The notes under the pieces are model-generated. The model did no database searches. It saw nothing but the letters and a program-made list of their open reading frames with translations, and was not told the DNA's origin. The position numbers and the translations under genes were made by a program. A DNA stretch of 64,000 nucleotides from Macrostomum hystrix (taxonomy: Eukaryota; Animalia; Platyhelminthes), in contig CATNEN010000003.1 in the NCBI GenBank assembly GCA_950097015.1, positions 15,252,001-15,316,000 of the forward strand, given 5' to 3'. Positions within the stretch are counted from its first letter, which is position 1. Each line of letters begins with the position of its first letter. Shown here piece after piece: positions 37,559 through 50,500 of the stretch.

Positions 37559-38109
37559 TTCCTAAAAAGCCTTCTGACTCAGTAGGCCTACTAATACATA
37601 TAACTAAAATATTTTGTTTCAGCTTTTGGGTCAAAAGTGGTTGTTACCTAGTTGCTACTAGATATTCTTATAATTCTTAGGCAGCCTACAACATTCGTTG
37701 TTGATAATTTTTTGAACCATTTAGTTACTTCCTTATAAACTTATGTTTTGGCAAAATACTTATTTATTTTTGGTTTTGTTAAAAAATGTAGAAATGGTAT
37801 GTAAAATTGTTTTTGTATTATGGGCCTATTTAAGTTATTTAAAACTTTTCTTTAAGAAAATAATTGTAAGATGCCCATTTAGAAATAAAATGAAATTTTA
37901 CTTCTCAGATTTGGTCTCTTCAGATTTAGCCTAATTTAGTTTATTTTTGTGGTAAATTGTGTTAAATTTAATAATTAATTCTCAACATAAGAATGGCTTG
38001 ATTACAATTTTCAGCAACTAACTGCCACTACTAAAAGTAAAAAAATACTTGCTAAAACTATTGTCTTAATTCTGTTTGGCTCAAGCAGGCAAACAGTTCT
38101 TCAAGGGGC

Positions 38110-40107
38110 ATGGCTTCAGCAGAAATTGACCTGTTTATTCAAGAGCAGAAGCAAAGGCTAGCAGCTGATAGGCAACGATTAGGCAATGGAATAGTTGATC
38201 AGAGAACTTTGCCAGGTGGAGCTAGTTCTGGCAGTGTTGGTGGACCAACTAATTTCGATGCTGCTGTGTCTACAGGTAAAATAAGATTTTTAAATCTATT
38301 TGATTCTATAGTGAAACTTGATTAATAATAAATAAAAATAGTAATTACAGGAGGGCTGTGGGCAGTGGCACATCATTTGGTGACACTAGACCCGCAGCCA
38401 GCGAGGAGGCAATTCTGCTCATTTTGCTGACTCCTGAGCACACACGCACACAGATACCATATGCAGGCATACACTCACACAGGTGTGTACATCTACCCTT
38501 GACTGTTTCATCGTCAGGCAGTGTACACTCTCACTGTGCCTTGGAGGTTGGCCCTCAAGGTTGTAAATTGCACGACAAGCCCCCTAAGCCTTCTCTCGGC
38601 GGCCTCGCCCCCAATAAATATAGCTTCGCTGTGGAATTGAACTTATGAACTGTGAAGCGTGAGGCGAACGCGTTAACTGCTCCGCCACCGATCTAGGCTA
38701 GAGTGCCGCTTAAAAATAATAAACTGCTTATAAATAACAAAGTCATCATTATTACTATTAGTAGCTGAATTAGCTAGTTAGCATACTTTTTTGTGCAAAG
38801 TTAATTAATCCCTAGCCTACTCAACAATCTCCAATGCGATTCTTTTTTTTGTTACGCAGTGCCCACTATCTGCACAAACCCCATTGTTTCTTTCCCCTCT
38901 CGTCTCCTCCCCCGCCGCTCTTCCCTATCCCCCAATGCAAACAGTTTTCACCTATCCAGTACATTTGTGGGTGCAGTTCTGTGTCTGTGTGAGCTATTGT
39001 GTGCTCAATCTCTTACCCTACCTACACTTCCCATAGCAACCAAATATAAATATATTCTTCGGAATTGTTTTTTTTCATTTTTAGGCAGTCGAAGAGTTCA
39101 ACCCCCCGCAGTAGCGCCTTCGTCGACATCAACGAGTACACCGCCGCCTTCCTTAGGCTTTCCATTTCCTCAGGCCAACAATAACAATGGCGGCGATCTG
39201 TTCTCTAAGCTAGGCGCCTACGAGCAGACAAGGCGAGCCTTTGACGAATCGCGTCGTGAAGAATATCGCCAACTGCATAAGCCGGCAGCAACTGCCGGCC
39301 ATCCCACAATGTCCTCCGGGTTGGATGGTGCCGCAGGCGGTTTGGGCATCGTTGGCGGATTGAGAAATTCGGCTGTGACTCGACAGAGAAAGGAGCGAGA
39401 GAGAAATGCTGAATATAACGACTTTTTAAGACAGAAAGAACAGGTAAGATTGTCTTTGGGTTATCTAACACCTCAGATCATTACACCTGAAATACCCAAA
39501 TTAATAGCTACATTACGCCCGAAACCCTCAAATCACTGTGTTTGAAATCCTCAGGTCATTACACCTGAAATCCCCAGATCATTACACCTGAAATCCTCAG
39601 GTCATTACACCTGAAATCCTCAGATCATTACACCTGAAATCCTCAGATCATTACACCTGAAATCCTCAGATCATTACACTTGAAATCCTCAGATCATTAC
39701 ACCTGAAATCCTCAGATCATTACACTTGAAATCCTCAGGTCATTACACCTGAAATCCCCAGATCATTACACCTGAAATCCTCAGGTCAATACACCTGAAA
39801 TCCTCAGGTCATTACACCTGAAATCCTCAGGTCATTACACCTGAAATCCTCAGGTCACTACACCTGAAATCCTCAGATCATTACACCTGAAATCCTCAGG
39901 TCATTACACCTGAAATCCTCAGGTCATTACACTTGAAATCCTCAGGTTATTACACCTGAAATCCTCAGGTCATTACACTTGAAATCCTCAGGTTATTGCA
40001 CCTCAAATACTCAGATCGTTACACTCAATAAGAAAAAATATTTACAATCGTATGATTCTTTTTCTCTAGGAACAGCAGCGTAAAAGACAGCTACCACAAC
40101 AACTGCC

Positions 40108-40142
<35 letters not shown>

Positions 40143-43100
40143 GACTAACTCAGCCTGTATCTGACTTCCCACCGCCGCTGCCGATGCCACAAGCGCCGTC
40201 GAATCGCGTTGATTTCACCAGCCTAGACGATCTAGAACGTCGAGTTATGGAGTTACGCAATCAACAGGGTCCCAATCAACAGCCGCCACCTCAGCCACCG
40301 CCTCAACAGAATTACTATTATCAGCAGCAGCAGCAGCAGCATCGTCCAACTATTTCAGACGATCCTGTTCGTCGTTTGGAACAATTAGAGGCAGAGTATG
40401 ACAATTTGAGACGAGCGCTTCGTCAGAACAATCCGACTGCGGGACAAACTAATCCTCCTAATCATCCTCGTCGATTCGATGAGGATATTTCGTTAACAAC
40501 AGCCGGTTTGAGTCGTTTAGAAATCCCAAACAAGTCTAACCAATCAACAACGACCGTCACAGCAGCTGGGACTGGGGCTATTGGCGGTGCCATAGACACC
40601 AGGAGACCAGACACAGCAAATCAGAGAGAGCGGAAGCGTCAAGCCTACAAAGCCGAATTGGAGAGACAGTTGGCGGAGCAGAAGCAGCAGAAACAGCAGC
40701 AGCAGCAACAAAGACCATCGTTGCAGGAACAGTCTAACAAATTTGGATTCGGAGAGTATTTAGTAAGATATTTCCATTCATTTTTCTTATCACCTGTTAT
40801 CTAATCTAATCACCTGTTTTCCAATCTCTAATCACCTGTTATCCAATCTAATCACCTGTTTTCCAATCTAATCACCTGTTATCCAATCTAATCACCTGTT
40901 TTGCAATCTCTAATCACCTGTTATCCAATCTAATTACCTGTTATACAATCTCTAATCACCTGTTATCCAATCTAATCGCCTGTTTTCCAATCTCTAATCA
41001 CCTGTTATCCAATCTAATTACCTGTTATACAATCTCTAATCACCTGTTTTCTAATCTCTAATCACTTGTTATCCAATTTAATTACCTGTTATACAATCTC
41101 TAATCACCTGTTATCTAATCAAATCAACTATTTTCCAATCTAATCACCTGTTATCTAATCTAAATCACCTTTTATCTAATCTAAATCACCTGTTATCCAA
41201 TCTAATCACCTGTTTTCTAATCTCTAATCACCTGCTATCCAATCTAATTACCTGTTATACAATCTCTAATCACCTGTTATCTAATCTAATCAACTGTTTT
41301 CCAATCTAATCACCTGTTATCTAATCTAAATCACCTGTTATCTAATCTAAATCACCTGTTATCCAATCTAATCACCTGTTATCTAATCTAATCAACTGTT
41401 TTCCAATCTAATCACCTGTTATCTAATCTAAATCACCTGTTATCTAATCTAATCACCTTTTATCTAGTATAGAGGTTGTAGCCTAGTGGTTAGGGCGTCG
41501 GACTCACGACTTGAAGGTCGGGGGTTCGATTCCTGACTCCACTGGAACAATTTGTGTCCTTTCGCAAGACACTTAACTCTGCATTGCTTCAGTTCACCCA
41601 GCTGTTAAATGGGTACCAGCATCAGCTGGGATAATTGAAGGTGGGTGTGGCGTCCCCCCAGTCCGTGGACTGAACAGCTGTACGCAGCCTTCAGATGCGC
41701 CGCGCATTAGCTGCGGCTGTGCTGTCGGCTGCACATCTGACCCAATTGGGGCAGGTGTAATCAATTATTATTATTATTATTATTATCTAGTATAATCTCC
41801 TGTAATCCCAAAGAAATATAAACTGAATCTCCCCAACCCTCTGCAGTCTACATCAGGAGCCGGTCAGCGAACTCCAAAACCTTCGCTGCCTTCGTCAAAC
41901 TTCTTAGACGAAAACTTCGACTTGGATTACAACTTGGGTATCGGCAACTATCCGTCCTATGATCAGCCCAGCCTGACTTCCGGCTCATCCGCAGCTGCGG
42001 CGGCTGCGCCAAGTCGAGTTAGATTCAACGATGCATCTACGCCGGCACCTCGAGACAATCCCGTCGGCGGTGGCGGCTCCAGCAGCGTCCTGTCGTTAGG
42101 AACGGAGCAGGAGAGGAAAGCCCAGGCTGCGGCCAGGCAGAAGGCCGACTATGCCAAGGAGCTGGAGCGACAAATGGCAGAGAAGAAAGCCGCCGAGGCT
42201 AGAAGAAAGCGGGAACGAGAGGAATTCGAATTGAAAAAGGAACGAGAAATAGCCGCCTACGATCCGTTTGGTGCGTGCCTGTTTTAGTATTGGGATTCCG
42301 TTTTAGATCCTCAGATTGGGAATCCGTTTTAGATCCTCAGATTGGGAATCCGTTTTAGATCCTCAGATCGGGATTCTGTTTTAGATCTAAAGATCGGGAT
42401 TCTGTTTGAAATCTTCAGATTGGGATTATGTTTTAGATCCTCGGATTGGGATTCCGTTTTAGATCCTCAGATTGGGATTCCGTTTTAGATCATCTGGTTG
42501 GGATTCTCCTTCGATCCTCTGGTTAAATCTGGTTGGGATTCTCCTTCGATCCTCTGGTTAAATCTGGTTGGGATTCTCCTTCGATCCTCTGGTTAAATCT
42601 GGTTGGGATTCTCCTTCGATCCTCTGGTTAAATCTGGTTGGGATTCTCCTTCGACCATCTGGTTGGGATTCTCCTTCGATCCTCTGGTTAAATCTGGTTG
42701 GGATTCTCCTTCGATCCTCTGGTTAAATCTGGTTGGGATTCTCCTTCGATCATCTGGTTGGGATTCTCCTTCGATCCTCTGGTTGGGATTCTCCTTCGAT
42801 CCTCTGGTTGGGATTCTCCTTCGATCATCTGGTTGGGATTCTCCTTAGATCCTGTGGTTGGGATTCTCCTTCGATCCTCTGTTTGGGATTCTCCTTCGAT
42901 CCTCTGTTTGGGATTCTCCTTCGATCCTCTGTTTGGGATTCTCCTTCGATCCTCTGTTTGGGATTCTCCTTCGATCCTCTGTTTGGGATTCTCCTTCGAT
43001 CCTCTGTTTGGGATTCTCCTTCGATCCTCTGTTTGGGATTCTCCTTCGATCCTCTGTTTGGGATTCTCCTTCGATCCTCTGTTTGGGATTCTCCTTCGAT

Positions 43101-46100
43101 CCTCTGTTTGGGATTCTCCTTCGATCCTCTGTTTGGGATTCTCCTTCGATCCTCTGTTTGGAATTTTCCTTAGATCATCCGTTTGGGACTTATCAGACCC
43201 TTAATTCTTCTTGTTAAAAAATTCAGGCAAAGGTGGCGGTGGAGCCCCCATCAAGGATGCCCAGGGCAACACGCGAGCCAACCTCAAACAGCTGATTCGA
43301 GAGACAGAAGATAATAAGCTAACCGGTCGCGAAGGCACATTGCCTCACTCCACGTCGTATCCAGCAGCAGCAAAGCAGAATTATTCACCGCTAGACAATG
43401 ACCAACCAACTGGCGGTGATTTGGACTGGATGGATCAGTTAAACAGTTTGAAAGATTTGCAAACTAAACTATCTAAATCATTTACGGAAGATTTGAACTT
43501 GTCTGGCGGCCGGCAGCAGCAGCAGCAGCAACAGCTGCAAAGGCCTGAGCAGAAGCAAGAGCAGCAGCAGCCGCAGCAGCATGCTCGCGGTGGTCACGGC
43601 ATATTTGGCCGGGGACTGTCAGACGAACAGAAACGTCAAAGGGAGCGCTATCAGGAGGAGCTGCGGCAACAGGTTTGGCTTTTAGACATTGGGCATTTTA
43701 CTAAGGGCTTTCAAAGGTGTTGAAACTGTAGATTTTAGGGTGTTAAAACTCAATGGCTGTAGAGTTTCGGGGGGGGGTAGAAATCAAGGCTTTTAGAATT
43801 TCAGGGCGTAGAAATCAATGGCTTTTGGAGTTTCAGGGGGTAGAAATCAATGGCTTTTGGAGTTTCAGGGGGTAGAAATCAATGTCTTTTAGAGTTTCAG
43901 GGGGTAGAAATCAATGGCTTTTGGAGTTTCAGGGGGTAGAAATCAAAGGCTTTTGGAGTTTCAGGGGGTAGAAATCAAAGGCTTTTGGAGTTTCAGGGGG
44001 TAGAAATCAATGTCTTTTAGAGTTTCAGGGGTTAGAAATTAATGGCTTTTGGAGTTTCAAGGGGTAGAAATCAATGTCTTTTGGAGTTTCAGGGGGTAGA
44101 AATCAAAGGCTTTTGGAGTTTCAGGGGGTAGAAATCAATGGCTTTTAGAGTTTCAGGGGGTAGAAATCAAAGGCTTTTGGAGTTTCAGGGGGTAGAAATC
44201 AATGGCTTTTAGAGTTTCAGGGGGTAGAAATCAATGGCTGTAGATTCAGCCCATTACGCTTGTCCACGAGCACGCGAAGATTGTACATCAGTCTGTGGGA
44301 TATACATGAGGCAATGTACTCTCTCACTGTGCCTTGGAGGAAGGGCTTGTCCTTCAGGGTCGTAAATTGTGCCTTCTCTCCTAAATCAACGCGGCCTCGC
44401 CTGCAGGTTGAAGAACAGCGCCGCGCCAAGGAGGAGGAGCGTCGCCGCCTAGCCGAAGAGGACCTTCGAGAACAGCGCCGCGCCGAGGAGCAGCAGCGCC
44501 GCATGCTGGCCGAGGCCGAGGCTGAACGACGTCGACAAGCCGAAAAGGACGAAGCCATCAGGCGGAGGAACGAGGAGCTCCGGCTAGCTGCCGAGGAGCA
44601 GAAGAAGCTGGCCGCGGGCAATCGTCAACGTCGTCAGCAGGATGACCGGGCCTCTCCGCCGCCCGCCGCTGCGGCCCAGGGTCGTCAGCCTTATCAGCAG
44701 CAGCAGCAGCAGCAGAATAGATTTTCACCTCGGTCGTCTTCTCCTCCGGTAATTAATTGGACGTCTTATTAACGAAAATCCCTTTGTGAACAGTAGAAAA
44801 ACTACGGGGTATTTCAAATACCCAATGCCTACTTCACAATAGCTCCCAATCCTAAATTTTTGCATCGTTTTCGTTGAACTAATCTTTCAAAGCCGTCCAA
44901 AGTCAGCACCGTCGAGATATTCAGCGGTTCTTGTTAGAGACCCTGGTGACAAAGACAACCAACAATGCTCCGCATTATTCTCTATTGCGAATCTATTTTG
45001 GTTCAAAATTGTAAAAAATTATCATTTAATCAATTGGTTTTTCTTAGTAATGAATTCATGCCTTTATAATGTACATATTTTAATGCACTACTGTTAGTAG
45101 CTGACTCTAAACGAATACTTATAAAAAATTATATTTACTTTGCTAGGTGCCAGCTATACGCACCCAGATGGAGGCTCCACAGCCGCCGCCCCCGCAGCAG
45201 CAGCAGCAGCAGAAGCCATCAACGCCACGGCGAAATCAGCAGCAGCAGCATCAGCGCCTAGGAACTGCAGGTTCGGCAGCTTCAGCGCCGGAGCCTGAGT
45301 CCATCGAACAGTTGGCCCGCCTGCGAAATCAGCTGCGCAGCGAGCGCAGACGAATCGAAGAGGCCCTGGACCACGGCAGCGCTGGCAACGGCGCCGGAAC
45401 CTACCGGGTTCGAGGCTCCTCGGCTGGCAATCAGGTGGGTTTGCGTGTGTCTACATTGCTTCTAGTAGACAATTTAGGATTTGTGTTTTGCTTGCTTATT
45501 AATTATTAATTAGCGAGTTTTAGCTTATCTAGATTGCTACATTTGTTTTTTTTTCTAGGTCATTATCAGCTAATCTAGGTTATTATTAGCTACTCTTGGT
45601 CATTATCAGCTAATCTAGGTTATTATTAGCTACTCTAGGTCATTATTGCTACTTATGGGTCATTATTATCTCCTCTAGGTCATTATTAGCTACTTTTTGT
45701 GATCATTAGTTATTCTAGGTTATTCAAGACCAATTATGTATATAACCATCAGTTTATTTAAAAAATGTTCAAAGTCTAAACTATCTAACCTGTTTCTTGT
45801 TTAAATAAACAGATCGACGTTTTCGACATGGCCAGAGATCGTCGAAAACCCGTAGCGGCTAAACGGAATATCATCGCCGCTTCGTCCGGCGGGGCTGCGG
45901 CTGCGGCTGCGGCTGCGGGATCAAATCAATCCGGAGAAAATCGACGCCGTTATAACAAAAACGACTATTTAGACGATTATCAACTAGGCGGCTTGGCACC
46001 CAGCGATCTCGGCTTAGGTCTTGGCGGCGGCAATGCGGCTTTTGAATCGATGCAGTTGGACAGCGAGTCGGCATTTGTTGACATCGATCAGCCGTTATCT

Positions 46101-46328
46101 CCTAGCCGATTTGATTATCCACAGACTGGCGGCGATAATCCGGACAGTCCGACTGTCAGTCTAGACGTCGAACGTATCGATCGAGCTAACGAAGCCAGAC
46201 TGAAGCGTCTGCAACGACTCCAGGCTGACGCAGTCTCGTTGAACGATCCGGAGGAGGTCTTGAACAGATTCATGTCCCGACAGGCCAGGCCAATCAGCGG
46301 ACAGACTGGGCACGGTGGCGACGAATGA
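38110..46328 (+). CDS. CSPP1: Centrosome and spindle pole-associated protein 1 homolog (~1077 aa, 8 exons)
   Basis: Exons 38110-38275, 39085-39443, 40070-40762, 41847-42270, 43227-43672, 44407-44748, 45147-45434, 45813-46328; phases consistent, total 3234 nt. Hallmarks: YDPFGKGGGGAPIKDAQGN, HARGGHGIFG, SPPVPAIR, DVFDMAR, LDSESAFV, repeated Y..EL..Q coiled-coil motifs. Confidence 0.88.
38350..38689 (-). mobile_element. tRNA-derived SINE in CSPP1 intron 1 (antisense)
   Basis: Minus-strand head ggtggcggagcagttaacgcg...agttcaattcc (A/B-box-like); homologs at 23915-24153 and 44255-44401. Confidence 0.7.
39470..40025. repeat. 23-bp minisatellite, CSPP1 intron 2
   Basis: Unit cctcag(g/a)tcattacacctgaaat. 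Confidence 0.95.
40787..41465. repeat. 20-22-bp minisatellite, CSPP1 intron 3
   Basis: Unit ctaatcacctgttatccaat and variants. Confidence 0.95.
41472..41782 (+). mobile_element. Full-length tRNA-derived SINE with CORE-like central domain
   Basis: A box gtagcctagtggttag, B box ggttcgattcc, CORE-like gtgtcc...caagacacttaactct...cagctgttaaatgggtacc, (ATT)n tail, TSD ttatctagtata at 41460-41471 and 41783-41794. Confidence 0.88.
42290..43190. repeat. 25-bp-based compound minisatellite, CSPP1 intron 4
   Basis: Units change progressively from ttgggattccgttttagatcctcaga to ttgggattctccttcgatcctctg(g/t)t. Confidence 0.95.
43725..44245. repeat. 32-bp minisatellite, CSPP1 intron 5
   Basis: Unit tttcagggggtagaaatcaatggcttttggag. 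Confidence 0.95.
45555..45725. repeat. 20-bp degenerate minisatellite, CSPP1 intron 7
   Basis: Unit ctaggtcattattagctact. Confidence 0.8.
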
Positions 46329-47428
46329 AAAAATCTGCTAACAAAAAAGTTTAATTCTTTGCGAAATGTGCGTTTCACCTACTTATATAAGACGCAACTA
46401 AGTAGTTAAAAGGAAACTTATTTGCTAAATTTGAATAAAAGTTTCAAGCTAAAAAAGTACTGAAATAGGAAATGTGCTTTCCTACTACTAATTGATGTCG
46501 CAACTAAGTAGTTAGAAAGAAAGTAACTTGCTACATTTTTATTATAAAAATTTAATACTAGCTTGACGCGCCATTCTTGTCGCTAAAATTACTTTGTGTC
46601 AAAACTCAAAAAGCTAGATAAGTAGTCACATAAGAAAAAAAATTATTTGTTTTTGTTCACTTATTTTATTGCAACACTCTCGAAAAGGGTAAAAAGAAAA
46701 ATGTTCTTTTCTTTTTTCGCTTTACGCACTACTCATTTGAAGTTAGCTTGCAACTATTTTTGGTTTAAAAAAAGTACAAATTAGATTTTTTAATTAATTT
46801 CTTTTCAATGCTGAAAAAACTGGACTTGTACTTTTAATTATTTTATGTTGCATTAATAGAACAACTCAAAAGCGTTACTGGCTGTGCCCTTATTTACAAC
46901 GCTTTCTTGTACTTATAAATCCCTATGCCTTGGATTTTTTTATGAAATTATGAAGGTAAACTAATTTTAAAGAAACACTTTCTAGACTTCTAGGTAGTTT
47001 GTGCGTCTAATATCTGCACGCTTTTCTCACTACAGCATCTCCGCCTATCCGTCCTTTGTGATTTAATTTCTATAAAATCACGCAAATATTGATTTATCTT
47101 TTCTAAAGCAGCAATCTATGCTACTTTGTTGTAAACGTAAGTAGCAACTGGTGGAATTTTTTTCGTTTTTCTACGACAATTTACAACTATTTGGCCGTCA
47201 AAATATGTCAATTTATCAAGGAAGCTAGTTTTTGTTTATTTAATAAGATTTTTGCAAGAATTTTTTTTGTTTTAATTTAAAAAAATAAATTTACAATTGT
47301 TCATTCATTCCGATGTGAGGTTTTGTGAATACAAATTACATCTCGACGATGCCGACTTTTTTGTGATTCCGGAGATACAGGAGATACCCCCCATGTGGTC
47401 CGTTAAAGTTTGTTTACTCATGACTTTG

Positions 47429-47468
47429 TCAAGCGGGACAGGTAAATCTTCTTCTGGCTCTCGTATTG

Positions 47469-47504
<36 letters not shown>

Positions 47505-50500
47505 ACCTGATTTGGCATTTGTTGAGCTCGACTATCTATGGTCGCAGCACAGCTGCTAGACTTGCGTCGATGATTAGTCGTCAGTGTTGCAGAAACTGAA
47601 GAAGTCTTCTTGAACTTGGAGGAAGTGAAATTGGTTGCTGTCACCACCATAGCTGCTGGCTTTCTATAGCTGGCTGAGCTCTGCTCTGATAGAATTAGCA
47701 GACAGTGGCGAACACTGTCTTTGGATGTTGTGTTCGAGCTTTGAAAATTCTCGTTGACTGTATCGTTTGCATTTTTGGTTAAGCTTATTCTCCGTGTTCG
47801 CTGGAGTACCCTGTTGATTATTAAAATGATGAGGGTTTAACAATTGGCAATTAAACAATTAAAAATATAAGAACTGGATTTAAATAAAACTTGATTAGAA
47901 CCTGTAACTAGCATATTGTACTCGGCTTCGATTTAAACAATTTTGTCTAACAGTTTTGAGACAATGGTGTCTAAAAGTAAAAAAAATGGTATCTAAAAGC
48001 TCTCAGAGAATGGTGTCTAACAGTTCTCAGAGAATGATGTCTAACAGTTCTTTAAGAATGGTGTCTAACAGTTCTTAGAGAATGGTGTCTAACAGTTCTC
48101 AGAGAATGATGTCTAACAGTTCTTTAAGAATGGTGTCTAACAGTTCTTTGAGAATGGTGTCTAACAGTTCTTTGAGAATGGTGTCTAACAGTTCTTTGAG
48201 AATGGTGTCTAACAGTTCTTTGAGAATGGTGTCTAACAGTTCTTAGAGAATGGTGTCTAACAATTCTTAGAGAATGGTGTCTAACAGTTCTTAGAGAATG
48301 GTGTCTAACAGTTCTTTGAGAATGGTGTCTAACAGTTCTTTGAGAATGGTGTCTAACAGTTCTTAGAGAATGGTGTCTAACAGTTCTTAGAGAATGGTGT
48401 CTAACAGTTCTTAGAGAATGGTGTCTAACAGTTCTTTGAGAATGGTGTCTAACAGTTCTTAGAGAATGGTGTCTAACAGTTCTTAGAGAATGGTGTCTAA
48501 CAGTTCTTAGAGAATGGTGTCTAACAGTTCTTAGAGAATGGTGTCTAACAACTCTTAGAGAATGGTGTCTAACAGTTCTTAGAGAATGGTGTCTAACAAC
48601 TCTTAGAGAATGGTGTCTAACAGTTCTTAGAGAATGGTGTCTAACAGTTCTTAGAGAATGGTGTCTAACAACTCTTAGAGAATGGTGTCTAACAACTCTT
48701 AGAGAATGGTGTCTAACAACTCTTAGAGAATGGTGTCTAACAGTTCTTAGAGAATGGTGTCTAACATTTCTTAGAGAATGGTGTCTAACAGTTCTTAGAG
48801 AATGGTGTCTAACAGTTCTTAGAGAATAGTGTCTAACAGTTCTTGGAGAATGGTGTCTAACAGTTCTTAGAGAATGGTGTCTAACATTACTTAGAGAATG
48901 GTGTCTAACAGTTGTTAGAGAATGGTGTCTAACAGTTCTTAGAGAATGGTGTCTAACAGTTATACCAGTATCTAACAGTTAAACCAGTGTCTAACAGTTA
49001 TACCAGTATCTAACATTTTAACCAGTGTCTAACAGTTATACCAGTATCTAACAGTTAAACCAGTGTCTAACAGTTAAACCAGTATCTAACAGTTAAACCA
49101 GTGTCTAACAGTTATACCATTATCTAACAGTTAAACCAGTATCTAACAGTTTAACCAGTATCTAACAGTTAAACCAGTGTCTAACAGTTATACCAGTATC
49201 TAACATTTTAACCAGTGTCTAACAGTTATACCAGTATCTAACAGTTAAACCAGTGTCTAACAGTTAAACCAGTATCTAACAGTTAAACCAGTGTCTAACA
49301 GTTATACCATTATCTAACAGTTAAACCAGTATCTAACAGTTTAACCAGTATCTAACAGTTAAACCAGTGTCTAACAGTTATACCAGTATCTAACAGTTTA
49401 ACCAGTGTCTAACAGTTATACCAGTATCTAACAGTTAAACCAGTGTCTAACAGTTTAACCAGTATCTAACAGTTAAACCAGTGTCTAACAGTTATACCAG
49501 TATCTAACATTTTAACCAGTGTCTAACAGTTATACCATTATCTAACAGTTAAACCAGTATCTAACAGTTTAACCAGTATCTAACAGTTAAACCAGTGTCT
49601 AACAGTTATACCAGTATCTAACAGTTAAACCAGTATCTAACAGTTAAACCAGTATCTAACAGTTAAACCAGTATCTAACAGTTAAACCAGTGTCTAACAG
49701 TTATACCAGTATCTAACAGTTAAACCAGTGTCTAACAGTTATACCAGTATCTAACAGTTAAACCAGTATCTAACAGTTAAACCAGTATCTAACAGTTAAA
49801 CCAGTGTCTAACAGTTAAACCAGTGTCTAACAGTTAAACCAGTGTCTAACAGTTAAACCAGTGTCTAACAGTTAAACCAGTATCTAACAGTTAAACCAGT
49901 GTCTAACAGTTAAACCAGTGTCTAACAGTTATACCAGTATCTAACAGTTAAACCAGTGTCTAACAGTTATACCAGTATCTAACAGTTAAACCAGTGTCTA
50001 ACAGTTAAACCAGTGTCTAACAGTTAAACCAGTATCTAACAGTTAAACCAGTATCTAACAGTTAAACCAGTGTCTAACAGTTAAACCTGTGTCTAACAGT
50101 TAAATCAGTGTGTAACAGTTAAACCAGTATCTAACAGTTAAACCAGTATCTAACAGTTAAACCAGTGTCTTGGGTATTTAAAAATATTTGGGTATTTGAA
50201 ATCTATCATTTCGCATCGAAAGTGCAAGAATAAAATCTCACAAATCGCAACTGACTTTGCCAGCCGTATCAAGTGCCTCTCTCACTGACATTGAATTGGC
50301 CACATCCCTAGCCGTACACCCGGCCAGATTCTTAGCCGCATCGATTGGCACTCCGAATCTGCGGTGCCAGCTGAGCAGAAGTCTCACACATTCCAAACAA
50401 CCCGCCGCTGCCGCCAGATGCAGGCAGGTATCTCCGGCTTTGTCGCCAGCCAGTAGGTTCAATCTTAGCGGCACGGATTCTTCCTCGAGCATAGAGGACA

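Noticed and set aside
41472-41545. Apparent tRNA gene
   Set aside because: It continues into a CORE-like body, (ATT)n tail and TSD, so it is a SINE head.
42603-43217. Hydrophobic repeat ORFs (also 51819-52527, 53172-53585, 61646-62364, 7662-8239)
   Set aside because: All coincide with tandem arrays in introns, intergenic gaps or subterminal repeats.
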